From Candidatus Micrarchaeota archaeon (GTDB lineage Archaea; Micrarchaeota; Micrarchaeia; Norongarragalinales; UBA8480), in assembly GCA_021812145.1 (NCBI GenBank), contig JAKAOM010000002.1:13687-77686 (forward strand): a stretch of 64,000 nucleotides of DNA, in the 5' to 3' direction. The position numbers and the translations under genes were made by a program. Positions 45,473 to 54,745 of this stretch are shown one piece after another (the first letter of the stretch is position 1; every line of letters starts with the position of its first letter). Under the pieces are notes generated by a model that saw only the letters and a program-made list of their open reading frames with translations, had not been told where the DNA came from and made no database searches.

Positions 45473-46374
45473 ATCACTTGCATTATCTGAGGTTTTTTAG
45501 GCGTGTTTTTTCTTATTGCTTTTCTCAGTATTATTATTCTTTTGCTTGGACCAGCAACGCTGCCTTCCACTATAACGTATTGAGCGGCTTTTCCGAAGTT
45601 TCTTATCTCCAACGGCTTTTCCTCATACTTCATTACCCTCTTGTTCAATTCAGTTCGTTTGTGGAATCCCATTTGTCCAGCTCTAGGAATAGTGTAAAAA
45701 ACTTTGGCCTGCCTTTGAGGTCCTATAGACCCTCCATGCCTTCTAGCCTGCGTTGCCTTCATTGGATTCAAAGCAACCCCGAATCTTTTAACCACTCCCT
45801 GAAAACCCTTCCCTTTTGTAACGGCTATACAGTCGGCGTATTCGCCATCGTTGAAAACATCAGTGAACTTCAATTCCTTGCCAAGCAACTCCTTAGCCTT
45901 TTCAACCTGCTCCTGTTTTGTCCCTCCAATCGCCAATTCTATTACGTCAGGCTTCTTCTTTAGTTTTATTTTTTCAGGTTGGGTAGTCACCACAAGCCTG
46001 ACCTCGTCAAAGTCAAAATCTTCAATTTTCTTTGATTTCTTAGCAGGAGTTAGCGCTCTTTTAACGTGCTTTGGCGCTGACGTCGAGTTTACCTCTCCGG
46101 TTTTCTTCAAACCAACCTGCGTTTTCTTGTAAAGCGTTATCCCATAAACAAATACAGGAGGCACTTCTATTATTGTAACCGGCTTTGTAACCTGCTGGTT
46201 TTTAAGAGGCGATTCAGAATCCTCTATCATTAGAACGTGCCTCATTCCTGCCTTGTAGCCTGCGAATCCGCTAACTCCCTTCTCCTTGCTCCAGGCGTTG
46301 ACTCTAGGAGTTATGACTTCAGACCTTTTTCTTATTCTGAAGGCGAGGCTTCCATGTCTCGGGTTGTGTAGCAT
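45469..46374 (-). CDS. rpl3: Ribosomal protein uL3
   Basis: PRHGSLAFRIRKR...FAGYKAGMRHV...TKGKGFQGVVKRFG...GSIGPQRQ. Confidence 0.95.
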   Translation of the reverse strand: MLHNPRHGSLAFRIRKRSEVITPRVNAWSKEKGVSGFAGYKAGMRHVLMIEDSESPLKNQQVTKPVTIIEVPPVFVYGITLYKKTQVGLKKTGEVNSTSAPKHVKRALTPAKKSKKIEDFDFDEVRLVVTTQPEKIKLKKKPDVIELAIGGTKQEQVEKAKELLGKELKFTDVFNDGEYADCIAVTKGKGFQGVVKRFGVALNPMKATQARRHGGSIGPQRQAKVFYTIPRAGQMGFHKRTELNKRVMKYEEKPLEIRNFGKAAQYVIVEGSVAGPSKRIIILRKAIRKNTPKKPQIMQVI

Positions 46375-46398
46375 TTTTCAAAAATCACTTTTTTTCAA

Positions 46399-46545
46399 TC
46401 AGGTTTTTACGGTAACAGCAAGTTCAGGCGTTTTCTTGTACAAGATTCTGAACTGACAGTACGGGCACCTTATGAACCCGTTCTTAATTTGAATTTCATT
46501 GTCAGTGAATTCTTTACCGCACTTTCCACAGATGAACTCCACCAT
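46399..46545 (-). CDS. rpoP: RNA polymerase subunit Rpo12 (RpoP)
   Basis: MVEFICGKCGKEF...IRCPYCQFRILYKK is a zinc ribbon (CxxC...CxxC) of RpoP length. The track start 46587 is probably too far upstream. Confidence 0.75.
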   Translation of the reverse strand: MVEFICGKCGKEFTDNEIQIKNGFIRCPYCQFRILYKKTPELAVTVKT

Positions 46546-46579
46546 TTTTAAAAACCTTTTTTTTAAATTTAATCCGGCC

Positions 46580-46951
46580 TCAAACAATGTTCAAAGCCAA
46601 GACGATTAATATTATCAAAACAACTGCTTTTAAGCCTTTTCCGAAAAATTCCGATGAAGGCATTGCTTCCGGCTTCAAACCGAAGGCCAGCGCGTAGAGC
46701 GCCAAAAGCGACGCGATCAACGTTTCCGCAGTCGTGACGTTTATTGATTGTATTATTATGATTGCAGCCATTATTCCAATGACCATCGTTGTCAGGTTTG
46801 AATCGCGTATCGAATTGAACGCTATCAAGCCGGCAATCAAGAAAAAAATCAGCTCTACGCCGTTTATCATTTTATTTTTTGAAGAAATAAGCTTAAAATA
46901 CTTTATGGTTAAATTGACCGGCGGAGAATACACGCCTATAGTAAAAAACAA
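46580..46951 (-). CDS. Small membrane protein
   Basis: Three TM helices. The likely start is the internal MINGVELIFF. Confidence 0.4.
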   Translation of the reverse strand: MFFTIGVYSPPVNLTIKYFKLISSKNKMINGVELIFFLIAGLIAFNSIRDSNLTTMVIGIMAAIIIIQSINVTTAETLIASLLALYALAFGLKPEAMPSSEFFGKGLKAVVLIILIVLALNIV

Positions 46952-47084
46952 CCGCTATAAACACAAAACCCGTTTTTACAAATTTTCAACCTCAACTCTT
47001 TATTAGAAAGGCAAAGATTTTTAAATCCGGAAGGTTTAAATAGTAGTTAAACCACAATTGATTTAAACTTTTCTCTGATTTAAA

Positions 47085-47297
47085 ATGTTTTTTAAAGTAT
47101 TACTTGAAACCAGCAAGGGTAATCTTCTTCTTTCAAGCGATTCTAAAAGGCCTTTGGAGAGGGTTCCCCTTTTCTTAAAGGGCGAGAAAGTCGCTGAGAT
47201 TTTCGAAACCATAGGTAGAGTTGGTGAACAACTTTATTTGGCAAGGCCGTTGAGAAAAAATTTGGTTGGAGAAGTTTTGTCTTCAAGCAGGGTTTGA
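47085..47297 (+). CDS. gar1: H/ACA RNP protein Gar1
   Basis: Pattern ...GNLLLSS...VPLFLKGEKVAEIFETIGRVGEQLYLARP...VGEVL matches archaeal Gar1. It lies directly upstream of tfb, a common archaeal arrangement. Confidence 0.7.
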   Translation: MFFKVLLETSKGNLLLSSDSKRPLERVPLFLKGEKVAEIFETIGRVGEQLYLARPLRKNLVGEVLSSSRV

Positions 47298-47323
47298 ATT
47301 TTAAAAAAAAGGTGGTGTGAAGT

Positions 47324-48229
47324 ATGATATCTAAATGTCCTGAATGCGGAGGTAAAAACTTAAAGAAGGATTCCGCAAGAGGAGAAATAGTATGCAAGGA
47401 TTGCGGTTATGTTATAGAAGAAAATACGGTTCAGGAAGGCCCAGAATGGAGGGCTTTCGATTCCGAACAAAGAAATTCAAGGATGCATACGGGAGCTCCT
47501 TTGAAATACATGAGCCCTAATAGAGGATTGGTTACTGAAATCGACCAGTACAATAGGGACTCAAGAGGGGGCAAAATAGACTCTTCGCAGCAGGCCCAGC
47601 TTTACAGAATGAGAAAGTGGCACAAAAGAGCGTCGATTTCGAACAGCATTGAAAGAAATCTTTCAATCGCCTTAACCGAATTAAGCAGGGTGGCAACCCA
47701 TCTTAATCTTCCTGAAAACGTCAAGGAATCAAGCGCGTTGCTTTACAGAAAGTGCGTTGAAAGAGGCTTGATTAGAGGAAGACAAATAGAAAGCGTTGTA
47801 AGCGCAGTCATATATGCTGTTTGCAGGCAGTATTCAATTCCAAGAACTCTTGACGAAATCTCAAAGATCGCTGAAATTCCAAAAAAAGAAATTGGAAGAA
47901 CATACCGGCTTATCACTCAGGAGCTTGAATTGAAGGTTCCTTTGACAAACCCAAGATTCTACATTTCAAGATTCGTAAGCGCGTTGAAGCTTTCAGGAGA
48001 CACTCAAGCAAAGGCCAACGATATTCTGGACCAGGCTTTGAAAAAAGGATTGATTTCAGGCAGGGGGCCTATGGGAGTGGCGGCCGCGACCGTTTACATA
48101 GCTTCTGTGATGACAAATGAAAGGAGAACGCAGAAGGAAGTGGCTGACATTGCGGGAGTTACTGAAGTGACCATCAGAAACAGGTACAGGGAGCTTAAGA
48201 AAAGCCTTGGATTGAAGATTAGCATCTGA
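47324..48229 (+). CDS. tfb: Transcription initiation factor B (TFB/TFIIB)
   Basis: N-terminal zinc ribbon CPECGG...CKDCG, a B-finger region, and two cyclin-like repeats (...LPENVKESSALLYRKCVERGLIRGR...; ...GRGPMGVAAATVYIAS...). Confidence 0.95.
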   Translation: MISKCPECGGKNLKKDSARGEIVCKDCGYVIEENTVQEGPEWRAFDSEQRNSRMHTGAPLKYMSPNRGLVTEIDQYNRDSRGGKIDSSQQAQLYRMRKWHKRASISNSIERNLSIALTELSRVATHLNLPENVKESSALLYRKCVERGLIRGRQIESVVSAVIYAVCRQYSIPRTLDEISKIAEIPKKEIGRTYRLITQELELKVPLTNPRFYISRFVSALKLSGDTQAKANDILDQALKKGLISGRGPMGVAAATVYIASVMTNERRTQKEVADIAGVTEVTIRNRYRELKKSLGLKISI

Positions 48230-48365
48230 GTTTTTTACAAAAAGGATGCGGCGGGGAAGACAATTTCCCGGCCGAACCCATTTTATTTTTTTTAAAAAAG
48301 AAAAGTTTAAAATAAAGTCTTGAGCAAGTAATGATTTAAAGTTTTTTTTCAAAGGAGTTGTTTTA

Positions 48366-49871
48366 ATGAAAATTAAACTATCCGAAGACAAAACTAACGG
48401 TCAGAAGCCAATTCACGAAACTAATTCAGTTTGCCCAGAATGCCTTAGGATTTTAAACGCAAGAATATACGAAGAAAACGGCAGAGTGATGATTTCAAAA
48501 ACCTGCCCCGAACACGGCGAATTCACAGACGTTTACTGGAGCGACTCTGAGATTTATTACAAAACTAAAAAATGGGAGAGAAACAAAAGAAGCTTGGAGG
48601 TCTTCAACACCAAAGTGGATAAAGGATGCCCGTTCGACTGCGGCTTGTGCGAAAAACATGAAAACCACACCGGACTTGCAAACATCGTAGTTACAAACAA
48701 GTGCGACTTAAACTGCTGGTACTGCTTTTTTTACGCCGAAAAGGCAGGATATGTATACGAACCCACTCTTGAACAAATAAAAACTATGATGAAAAATTTG
48801 AGGGGGGAAAAACCAATAGCCTGCAACGCATTGCAGCTTACCGGCGGAGAGCCAACCATGAGGGATGACCTTGTCGACATTATTAAAATGGCCAAGGAGG
48901 AGGGTTTTGAGCACATTCAACTTAACACAAACGGAATAAACATTGGAAACGATTACGAATTATTCAAGAAGCTTAACAAAGCCGGGGCCGGCGTTTTGTA
49001 CTTGAGCTTCGACGGAGTTTCCAAAAAAACAAACCCCAAAAATCACGACGCTGTTCCTAAAGTGCTTGAAAACGCGAGAAAAACCAAGAAGATGAACATT
49101 GTTCTAGTTCCCACTGTGATAGGAGGAGTTAACGACTTCGAAGTCGGAGACATTCTTGACTTCGGATTCAAAAACAACGACGTTGTCAAGGGAATCAACT
49201 ATCAGCCGGTTTCAATTGTCGGCAGAATGCCTAGAAAGCAAAGAGAGGAAATGAGGATTACCATACCCGACGTTATAAAAAAAATTGAAGAACACACAAA
49301 CGGAATGATAGGCAGAGACGATTTTTACCCAATACCCTATACAGGAGTTTTCTCAGACTTCATAGAAAGCCTGAGCGGAAAACCACAGTATGATTTGAAC
49401 ACGCACTTTGCCTGCGGAATGGGCACTTACGTATTCAAGGATGAAGACAAGCTTATTCCAATAACAAGATTCGTGGACGTGGAAGGCCTTTCAGAATTTT
49501 TAAGGGAGAATACTGGAAAAATCAACGGCAGGGTGGACAAGGTCGTATTTGCAAGCAAGCTCTTGTACAAGCTTAACGGTTTTATTGACAATTCCAAAAA
49601 ACCTAGCTGGCTTGACATTTACGGAATTTTGCTAGACACTCTTGTGAAGCATGATTATTCCAGCCTGGGAAAACTCCATGACAATTCGCTTTTTATTGGA
49701 ATGATGCACTTCATGGACCTTTACAATTACGACATAGAAAGAGTAGAAAAATGCGTTATCCACTACGCCACTCCTGACGATAGAATAATACCCTTCTGCG
49801 CTTTCAACGTTTTTCCAGAGATTTACAGGGACAAAAGCCAGAAAGCGTTCAGCACTTCTTTGAAAAAGTGA
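48366..49871 (+). CDS. Radical SAM enzyme, COG1964 / tetraether-lipid-synthase (Tes, GDGT-MAS)-like
   Basis: Rubredoxin-like N-terminus CPEC...CPEH, an auxiliary cluster motif GCPFDCGLC, and the radical SAM motif CDLNCWYC. The ~500-aa length fits the family. The family assignment is from memory of its layout, not from a search. Confidence 0.6.
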   Translation: MKIKLSEDKTNGQKPIHETNSVCPECLRILNARIYEENGRVMISKTCPEHGEFTDVYWSDSEIYYKTKKWERNKRSLEVFNTKVDKGCPFDCGLCEKHENHTGLANIVVTNKCDLNCWYCFFYAEKAGYVYEPTLEQIKTMMKNLRGEKPIACNALQLTGGEPTMRDDLVDIIKMAKEEGFEHIQLNTNGINIGNDYELFKKLNKAGAGVLYLSFDGVSKKTNPKNHDAVPKVLENARKTKKMNIVLVPTVIGGVNDFEVGDILDFGFKNNDVVKGINYQPVSIVGRMPRKQREEMRITIPDVIKKIEEHTNGMIGRDDFYPIPYTGVFSDFIESLSGKPQYDLNTHFACGMGTYVFKDEDKLIPITRFVDVEGLSEFLRENTGKINGRVDKVVFASKLLYKLNGFIDNSKKPSWLDIYGILLDTLVKHDYSSLGKLHDNSLFIGMMHFMDLYNYDIERVEKCVIHYATPDDRIIPFCAFNVFPEIYRDKSQKAFSTSLKK

Positions 49872-50285
49872 CTACACTGTTGTGATGCCTCCTGAGTCGG
49901 CGATTTGCTTTAATTTGCTGTCGAACGTAAACAGTTTTCCCGATGTTAGCCTGCAGGCTGCGATATAAAGCGAGTCGTACACGCTTGCCTTGTACTGCAC
50001 CGCTATGTTCATGGCGTCTTCTGAAATGTACTCTGATTGTATTTTTTCTATTTTTGACCATACCTCGCGAGTGATTTCAAGCGCGGTTTGAAGGTCGTGC
50101 CTGCTTACGTCCTTAAGCAGCACGTGGTGCTTCCATATAGCGTTTAGAGACTCTGCCAGAGCTATGTCGGGAGAGGATATTCTCTCGCCTTGTTTTATGA
50201 AGCTTTTGAATTTATTGAAGACTATTTCTGATTCTGGCTCGTGCAGGGCTAGTTTTATCAGCGCGCTAGCGTCGGAAACTATCAT
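49872..50285 (-). CDS. vapC: PIN-domain toxin VapC
   Basis: MIVSDASALIKLAL..., later ...YDSLYIAAC..., ...TFDSKL. Its ATGA overlaps the upstream antitoxin gene by 4 nt. Confidence 0.8.
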   Translation of the reverse strand: MIVSDASALIKLALHEPESEIVFNKFKSFIKQGERISSPDIALAESLNAIWKHHVLLKDVSRHDLQTALEITREVWSKIEKIQSEYISEDAMNIAVQYKASVYDSLYIAACRLTSGKLFTFDSKLKQIADSGGITTV

Positions 50286-50506
50286 CTAAGCTCCCTTTCT
50301 TCCCTTATCAGTTTTGTGCTGTCGGAGGTTTTTTTCATGTGTTTGACTTTTTTTTCAGAGCTTTCAAGCGCGTCGGCAAGCTCCAAGACATTCAGTCTAG
50401 TGTCTATGTAGTGCCTTATGCCCTCGCTCCAGTTTTCATCGTACTTTTTCATTTTAGCCCTTATCTCTTTCGATATCCTTACATTAATCACTCCTCCCAT
50501 GTCCAT
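50282..50506 (-). CDS. vapB: VapB-like antitoxin
   Basis: INVRISKEIRAKMKKY... is an RHH-like strand and helix. The gene is translationally coupled to the PIN gene. Confidence 0.65.
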   Translation of the reverse strand: MDMGGVINVRISKEIRAKMKKYDENWSEGIRHYIDTRLNVLELADALESSEKKVKHMKKTSDSTKLIREERELR

Positions 50507-50643
50507 ACTCTAGTATATACTAATGTAAAGTATTTAAGCGTTACGCTAGAGGATTATTTGATGAAAAATTTATTAATTTAGGTTATTACTTTTTCTTATA
50601 GGTAGTTTTATTGACTCGTTGATAGGGTTGCTTAATTTTTAAT

Positions 50644-52500
50644 TTATTTTTTTAAAAGCTCTTTTACTTTGCCCACTATTCCCTTAGCGTCCAATCCAAG
50701 ATTCTCGTACAGTATTTTAGGGTTTCCGTGCTCTATGAACTTGTCTGGAATTCCAAGCCTCACCACCCTCTTTCCTGAAAGAAGCTCTGAGACCGCGCTT
50801 CCAAACCCACCCTCAATAACCCCGTCTTCAATAGTTATAATATTCTGTGTTTTGTCGGCTAGCTCCTTGAAAAGTTTTTCGTCAAGAGGCTTTGCGAATC
50901 TGGCGTTGACGACAGTCGCCTTTATCCCCTGCTTCTTCAACTCTTCAACCGCCTGCAATGCGTTGTTGACTATCGGTCCGTAGCCTATTATTACCGCATC
51001 CCAACCCTCCTGTTTCATTATCTCCGCCTTTCCTATTTCTATCTTTGAAGATTTGCACACCCCCGCCTCTCCGCGAGGATATCTTATCACAACCGGGCGT
51101 TTCTGCTGCAAAGCCAGATCAAACATAGCGTTGAATTCAGAATCACATACAGGAGACATTAAAATCATTCCAGGCATTGGAATTGTCATTGCTATGTCGA
51201 ATATACCGTGGTGCGTTGGACCGTCCTCTACCAACCCCGCCCTATCCAGACAGAAAACCACTGGCGATTTAGGTATGCAAACGTCATGCATTAATTGATC
51301 GAAAGCCCTTTGGAAAAAAGTGGAGTAAAGCGCCACCACAGGCTTCAATCCTTGAGACGCCATTCCGGCGGCTATTGTAACCGCGTGCTGTTCAGCCATT
51401 CCCACGTCCACCAATCTGTCAGGGTATTTCTTGCCGAAAGCGCTTAAACCAGTGCTTAGAGGCATTGCCGCGGTTATTGCTATTACCTTTTTATTTTCAC
51501 CTAATTCCTCAATTTTTTTGCCGAACACTTCACTCCAGGTTGGATTTGCCGACTTTTTGATAACAAAGCCTGTTTCAGGATTAAACGGGCCTATTCCATG
51601 CCAAACTCCAATCTCGTCGTTCTCTGACTTTGAATAACCCTTTCCTTTTGTTGTAATCACATGAACTATTACTGGAAACTTTGATTTTTTCGCTCTCTCA
51701 AAACCTTCTATCAACAAGCCTATGTTGTGGCCATCAAGAGGGCCTATGTAATCATATCCAAGCTCTTCAAAAACAATTCCCGACGATAATAGATGCAATG
51801 CCCTTTCCCTCAATCTTTTAAGCACATCCATGCTTTTGGGATCGTCTTTTTCCTTGTCCATTAAATAATGAATGTCATTTCTCACTTCATGATATATTGG
51901 AGAATCGTAGATTCTGTTCGCCACCTCAAGCCGACTCGTGTAGGCTGCAAGCCCCCCTACGGTTGGCCCGTACGACTGACCGTTGTCGTTGATTATAATC
52001 ATGAATTTTTCAGGCCTTAAATATCCAACATGGTTTATGGCCTCGAACGCCATACCTCCTGTTAGCGCCCCGTCTCCTATTACCGCGGCTATGTGGAAGT
52101 CTTTTCCCTCAAGCTTTCTTGCAATCGCTATTCCTTCGGCAATGCTTATGCTTGTTGATGCATGCCCTGCTATGAACGTATCATAACAGCTTTCTTCCGG
52201 ATTTGTAAAACCGCTCACTCCCTTGTAGGTTCTAAGCGTTTTGAATCTGTCCCTTCTTCCAGTTACCAGTTTGTGAGTGTATGCCTGATGCCCAACGTCC
52301 CAGATTATTTTGTCCTCAGGAGCGTTCATAGTGTAGTGAAGCGCTATCGTCAACTCAACCGTTCCAAGATTAGGAGCAACATGGCCCCCGTTGGCGCTGC
52401 AAACCTCTATTATCTCGTTTCTTACATCGTTGGCAAGTTGCTGAAGTTCAAACAGGTTTAGTTTTTTCAAATCACTGGGTTCGTTTATGTTTTCTATCAT
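50644..52500 (-). CDS. dxs: 1-deoxy-D-xylulose-5-phosphate synthase
   Basis: INEPSDLKKL...GGHVAPNLGTVELTIALHY...WDVGHQAYTHKLVTGRR..., the ThDP motif IGDGALTGGMAFEAIN, and a full 618-aa three-domain length. Confidence 0.93.
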   Translation of the reverse strand: MIENINEPSDLKKLNLFELQQLANDVRNEIIEVCSANGGHVAPNLGTVELTIALHYTMNAPEDKIIWDVGHQAYTHKLVTGRRDRFKTLRTYKGVSGFTNPEESCYDTFIAGHASTSISIAEGIAIARKLEGKDFHIAAVIGDGALTGGMAFEAINHVGYLRPEKFMIIINDNGQSYGPTVGGLAAYTSRLEVANRIYDSPIYHEVRNDIHYLMDKEKDDPKSMDVLKRLRERALHLLSSGIVFEELGYDYIGPLDGHNIGLLIEGFERAKKSKFPVIVHVITTKGKGYSKSENDEIGVWHGIGPFNPETGFVIKKSANPTWSEVFGKKIEELGENKKVIAITAAMPLSTGLSAFGKKYPDRLVDVGMAEQHAVTIAAGMASQGLKPVVALYSTFFQRAFDQLMHDVCIPKSPVVFCLDRAGLVEDGPTHHGIFDIAMTIPMPGMILMSPVCDSEFNAMFDLALQQKRPVVIRYPRGEAGVCKSSKIEIGKAEIMKQEGWDAVIIGYGPIVNNALQAVEELKKQGIKATVVNARFAKPLDEKLFKELADKTQNIITIEDGVIEGGFGSAVSELLSGKRVVRLGIPDKFIEHGNPKILYENLGLDAKGIVGKVKELLKK

Positions 52501-52577
52501 GTTAAGTTTTTATTTTGAATAGAAAAAGAATATAAAACTTTGGTTTAAAGCGAAGTTGGATTCGTCTTTCAACGAAG

Positions 52578-53097
52578 TTAATCCTGCTTTTCTATTTTCC
52601 TGCTTAAATCCCTCCATCTAAATTCTGAAGTAGGAGCAGAGTACTGAACGCCTTTCTCATATAAAATCAAAGCTTTTTTATACATTTTTTTCTGCTTTTC
52701 TTTTGGATACAAATCAGCAGCTCTTTTAATCGAAACGGCCGAGTTTTTAAGCAGCGGGCCAGTCATAATCATTCCAGTTCGTTGCATCTTCTCTTTTAAG
52801 AATTTCCCTGACGTGCGCAACATTATAATAAAGAGTGCGATGTTTTTTCGGCCTTAACTCAGTAAGAAAAACCCCGTTCATGCTTATGCAATCATGATTT
52901 CTTATTATAGTTTCAGCCGCTTTCTTGTAATGAGCAGCGGCCTTCAAATGATAAAAAGGGTTTTTAGTCTCATTGGCAAGATTCGCGTAGCTTACGGCTA
53001 TTCTGGAGTGCTGCATTATTCTGTCTTCAACCGTAGAATTATTCAAATTTGTTTTTATTTTTTTAATGCCGTCCAAAATTTCAGCGCTTGAATACAT
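52578..53097 (-). pseudogene. TPR/Sel1-like helical-repeat gene split into two overlapping frames (possible frameshift)
   Basis: ORFs 52747..53097 and 52578..52823 overlap by 77 nt in frames offset by 1 nt. Both halves have the same helical-repeat character (AAAHYKKAAE / MYKKALILYEKG). An A-run (cttaaaagag) lies in the overlap. Confidence 0.4.
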
Positions 53098-53206
53098 CTG
53101 AATTAAGGGAATTTAATTGATTTTAAAGGTTTTCATAGTCAAATAATTGCGGTAAAATTAAAAAAAAATCAAAAGTGTTTAAAATTATTACAATCAAATT
53201 ATAAGC

Positions 53207-54628
53207 ATGGAATCAATTGCTTATCAAAAATGCATAATGCCCGACTGCGGGGCCACCTATGAAGTTAAAGAGGCTTTGACATCGTGCAAGAAATGCGGAG
53301 GCCTGCTTGACGTTGTTTACGATTGGAAGAAGGTTAACGTCCCAAAAGACTTGAGATTCTTCAGCGCAAGGCTTGGAAATTCAAACAACATAGCAGACAT
53401 GAGCGGGGTTTGGCGCTTCAGAGAGCTTCTTCCATTCATTTCATACCACGACCCCTACGCTTATCTTCAGGAGATAGTTTCCCTTGACGGAATGGAGGGT
53501 TGGACAAGACCCATTCACGTTTCAACCGCAGCTGATTACACTGGAATGAGCAGGAAAACACTTTACCTTCAATTCGAGGGACAAAACCCAACCGGTTCTT
53601 TCAAGGACAATGGAATGACCGCTGCTTTTACTCACGCTCAAATGGTTGGGGCTAAAAGAGCAGCCTGCGCTTCGACAGGAAACACATCAGCTTCCTTCGC
53701 AGCCTACGCCGCAAACTCAGGCATTCTTGAAGCGTTCATATTCATAGGAGAGGGAAAAATAGCCTACGGCAAGCTTTCGCAAAGTCTTGAATACGGAGCA
53801 AAAACAATCCAGATTGAAGGGGACTTCGACGACGCAATGGCAAGAGTAAGGGAGCTTGCGAAAGAAAAAGGGCTTTACCTAATGAACTCTGTTAATCCAT
53901 TCAGGCTTGAAGGACAAAAAACGATAATGTATCGCGTCTTGGAGGGTTTGGACTGGAGAGTACCCGACTGGATAGTCTGTCCCGGGGGAAATCTCGGAAA
54001 CTCTTCTGCCTTCGGAAAGGCCTTTGAGGAATTGTTCCAGCTTGGATTGATAAACAAAAAACCAAGAATAGTGGTGGTCAACGCCGAAGGCGCCAACACT
54101 CTTCACAAAATTTACAACGAGGAAAAAATAAGATGGAATAACGGGAAAGTTGACACTGGAAGGATAGACAAGTTTTACGAAAAAATGGATAAGGAAAACA
54201 AAAGAGCGCACACCATAGCAAGCGCCATTGAAATCAACAGGCCAGTAAACCTCCTTAAATGCCTGAGAGCCCTTGAATGGACCGACGGAGTGGTGGTTGA
54301 CGTTACCGACCAGGAAATTCTAGACGCAAAGGCAGTTATAGGAAGAAACGGGATGTTCGGATGCGAACCAGCATCTGCAACTTCAGTTGCCGGAATAAAG
54401 AAGCTTGTTGAAAGCAAGGTTATAAAACCAGACTCGATAGTCGTAGCAATTCTAACCGGCAACCAGCTTAAAGACCCGGACGCAGTGGTAGGGTATCATG
54501 CGCAAGGATTCAACAGCGCTTTGGACGAAAAATTCAAGAATTACGGAATAAACTCGAGAAAATTCCAGAACAAACCCATCAAAGTGAAAAACGACTTGAA
54601 GGAAATAATCTCTGTAATGGGCATTTGA
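53207..54628 (+). CDS. thrC: Threonine synthase
   Basis: N-terminal zinc-ribbon-like CxxC...CxxC and the PLP lysine motif FEGQNPTGSFKDNGM. At 473 aa it is of the long archaeal/type-1 form. Confidence 0.88.
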   Translation: MESIAYQKCIMPDCGATYEVKEALTSCKKCGGLLDVVYDWKKVNVPKDLRFFSARLGNSNNIADMSGVWRFRELLPFISYHDPYAYLQEIVSLDGMEGWTRPIHVSTAADYTGMSRKTLYLQFEGQNPTGSFKDNGMTAAFTHAQMVGAKRAACASTGNTSASFAAYAANSGILEAFIFIGEGKIAYGKLSQSLEYGAKTIQIEGDFDDAMARVRELAKEKGLYLMNSVNPFRLEGQKTIMYRVLEGLDWRVPDWIVCPGGNLGNSSAFGKAFEELFQLGLINKKPRIVVVNAEGANTLHKIYNEEKIRWNNGKVDTGRIDKFYEKMDKENKRAHTIASAIEINRPVNLLKCLRALEWTDGVVVDVTDQEILDAKAVIGRNGMFGCEPASATSVAGIKKLVESKVIKPDSIVVAILTGNQLKDPDAVVGYHAQGFNSALDEKFKNYGINSRKFQNKPIKVKNDLKEIISVMGI

Positions 54629-54745
54629 AGTCAATTCACAAACAAGCCTATTGTTTTTATTTTTTAAAATTATCCTCCTTAGGAATATCACCGAGTTGGA
54701 AAGATTAGGAAAACCTTTTAAAATCTTTGAATTCTCTTTTAATGC

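Noticed and set aside
42228-46132. Long antisense or alternative-frame ORFs across the ribosomal-protein operon (e.g. 42228..42779, 42386..42880, 42870..43226, 43254..43790, 45478..45963)
   Set aside because: They oppose or overlap unmistakable uS3, uL22, uS19, uL2, uL4 and uL3 frames. Their low-complexity, Ser/Leu/Phe-rich translations are typical of shadow ORFs.
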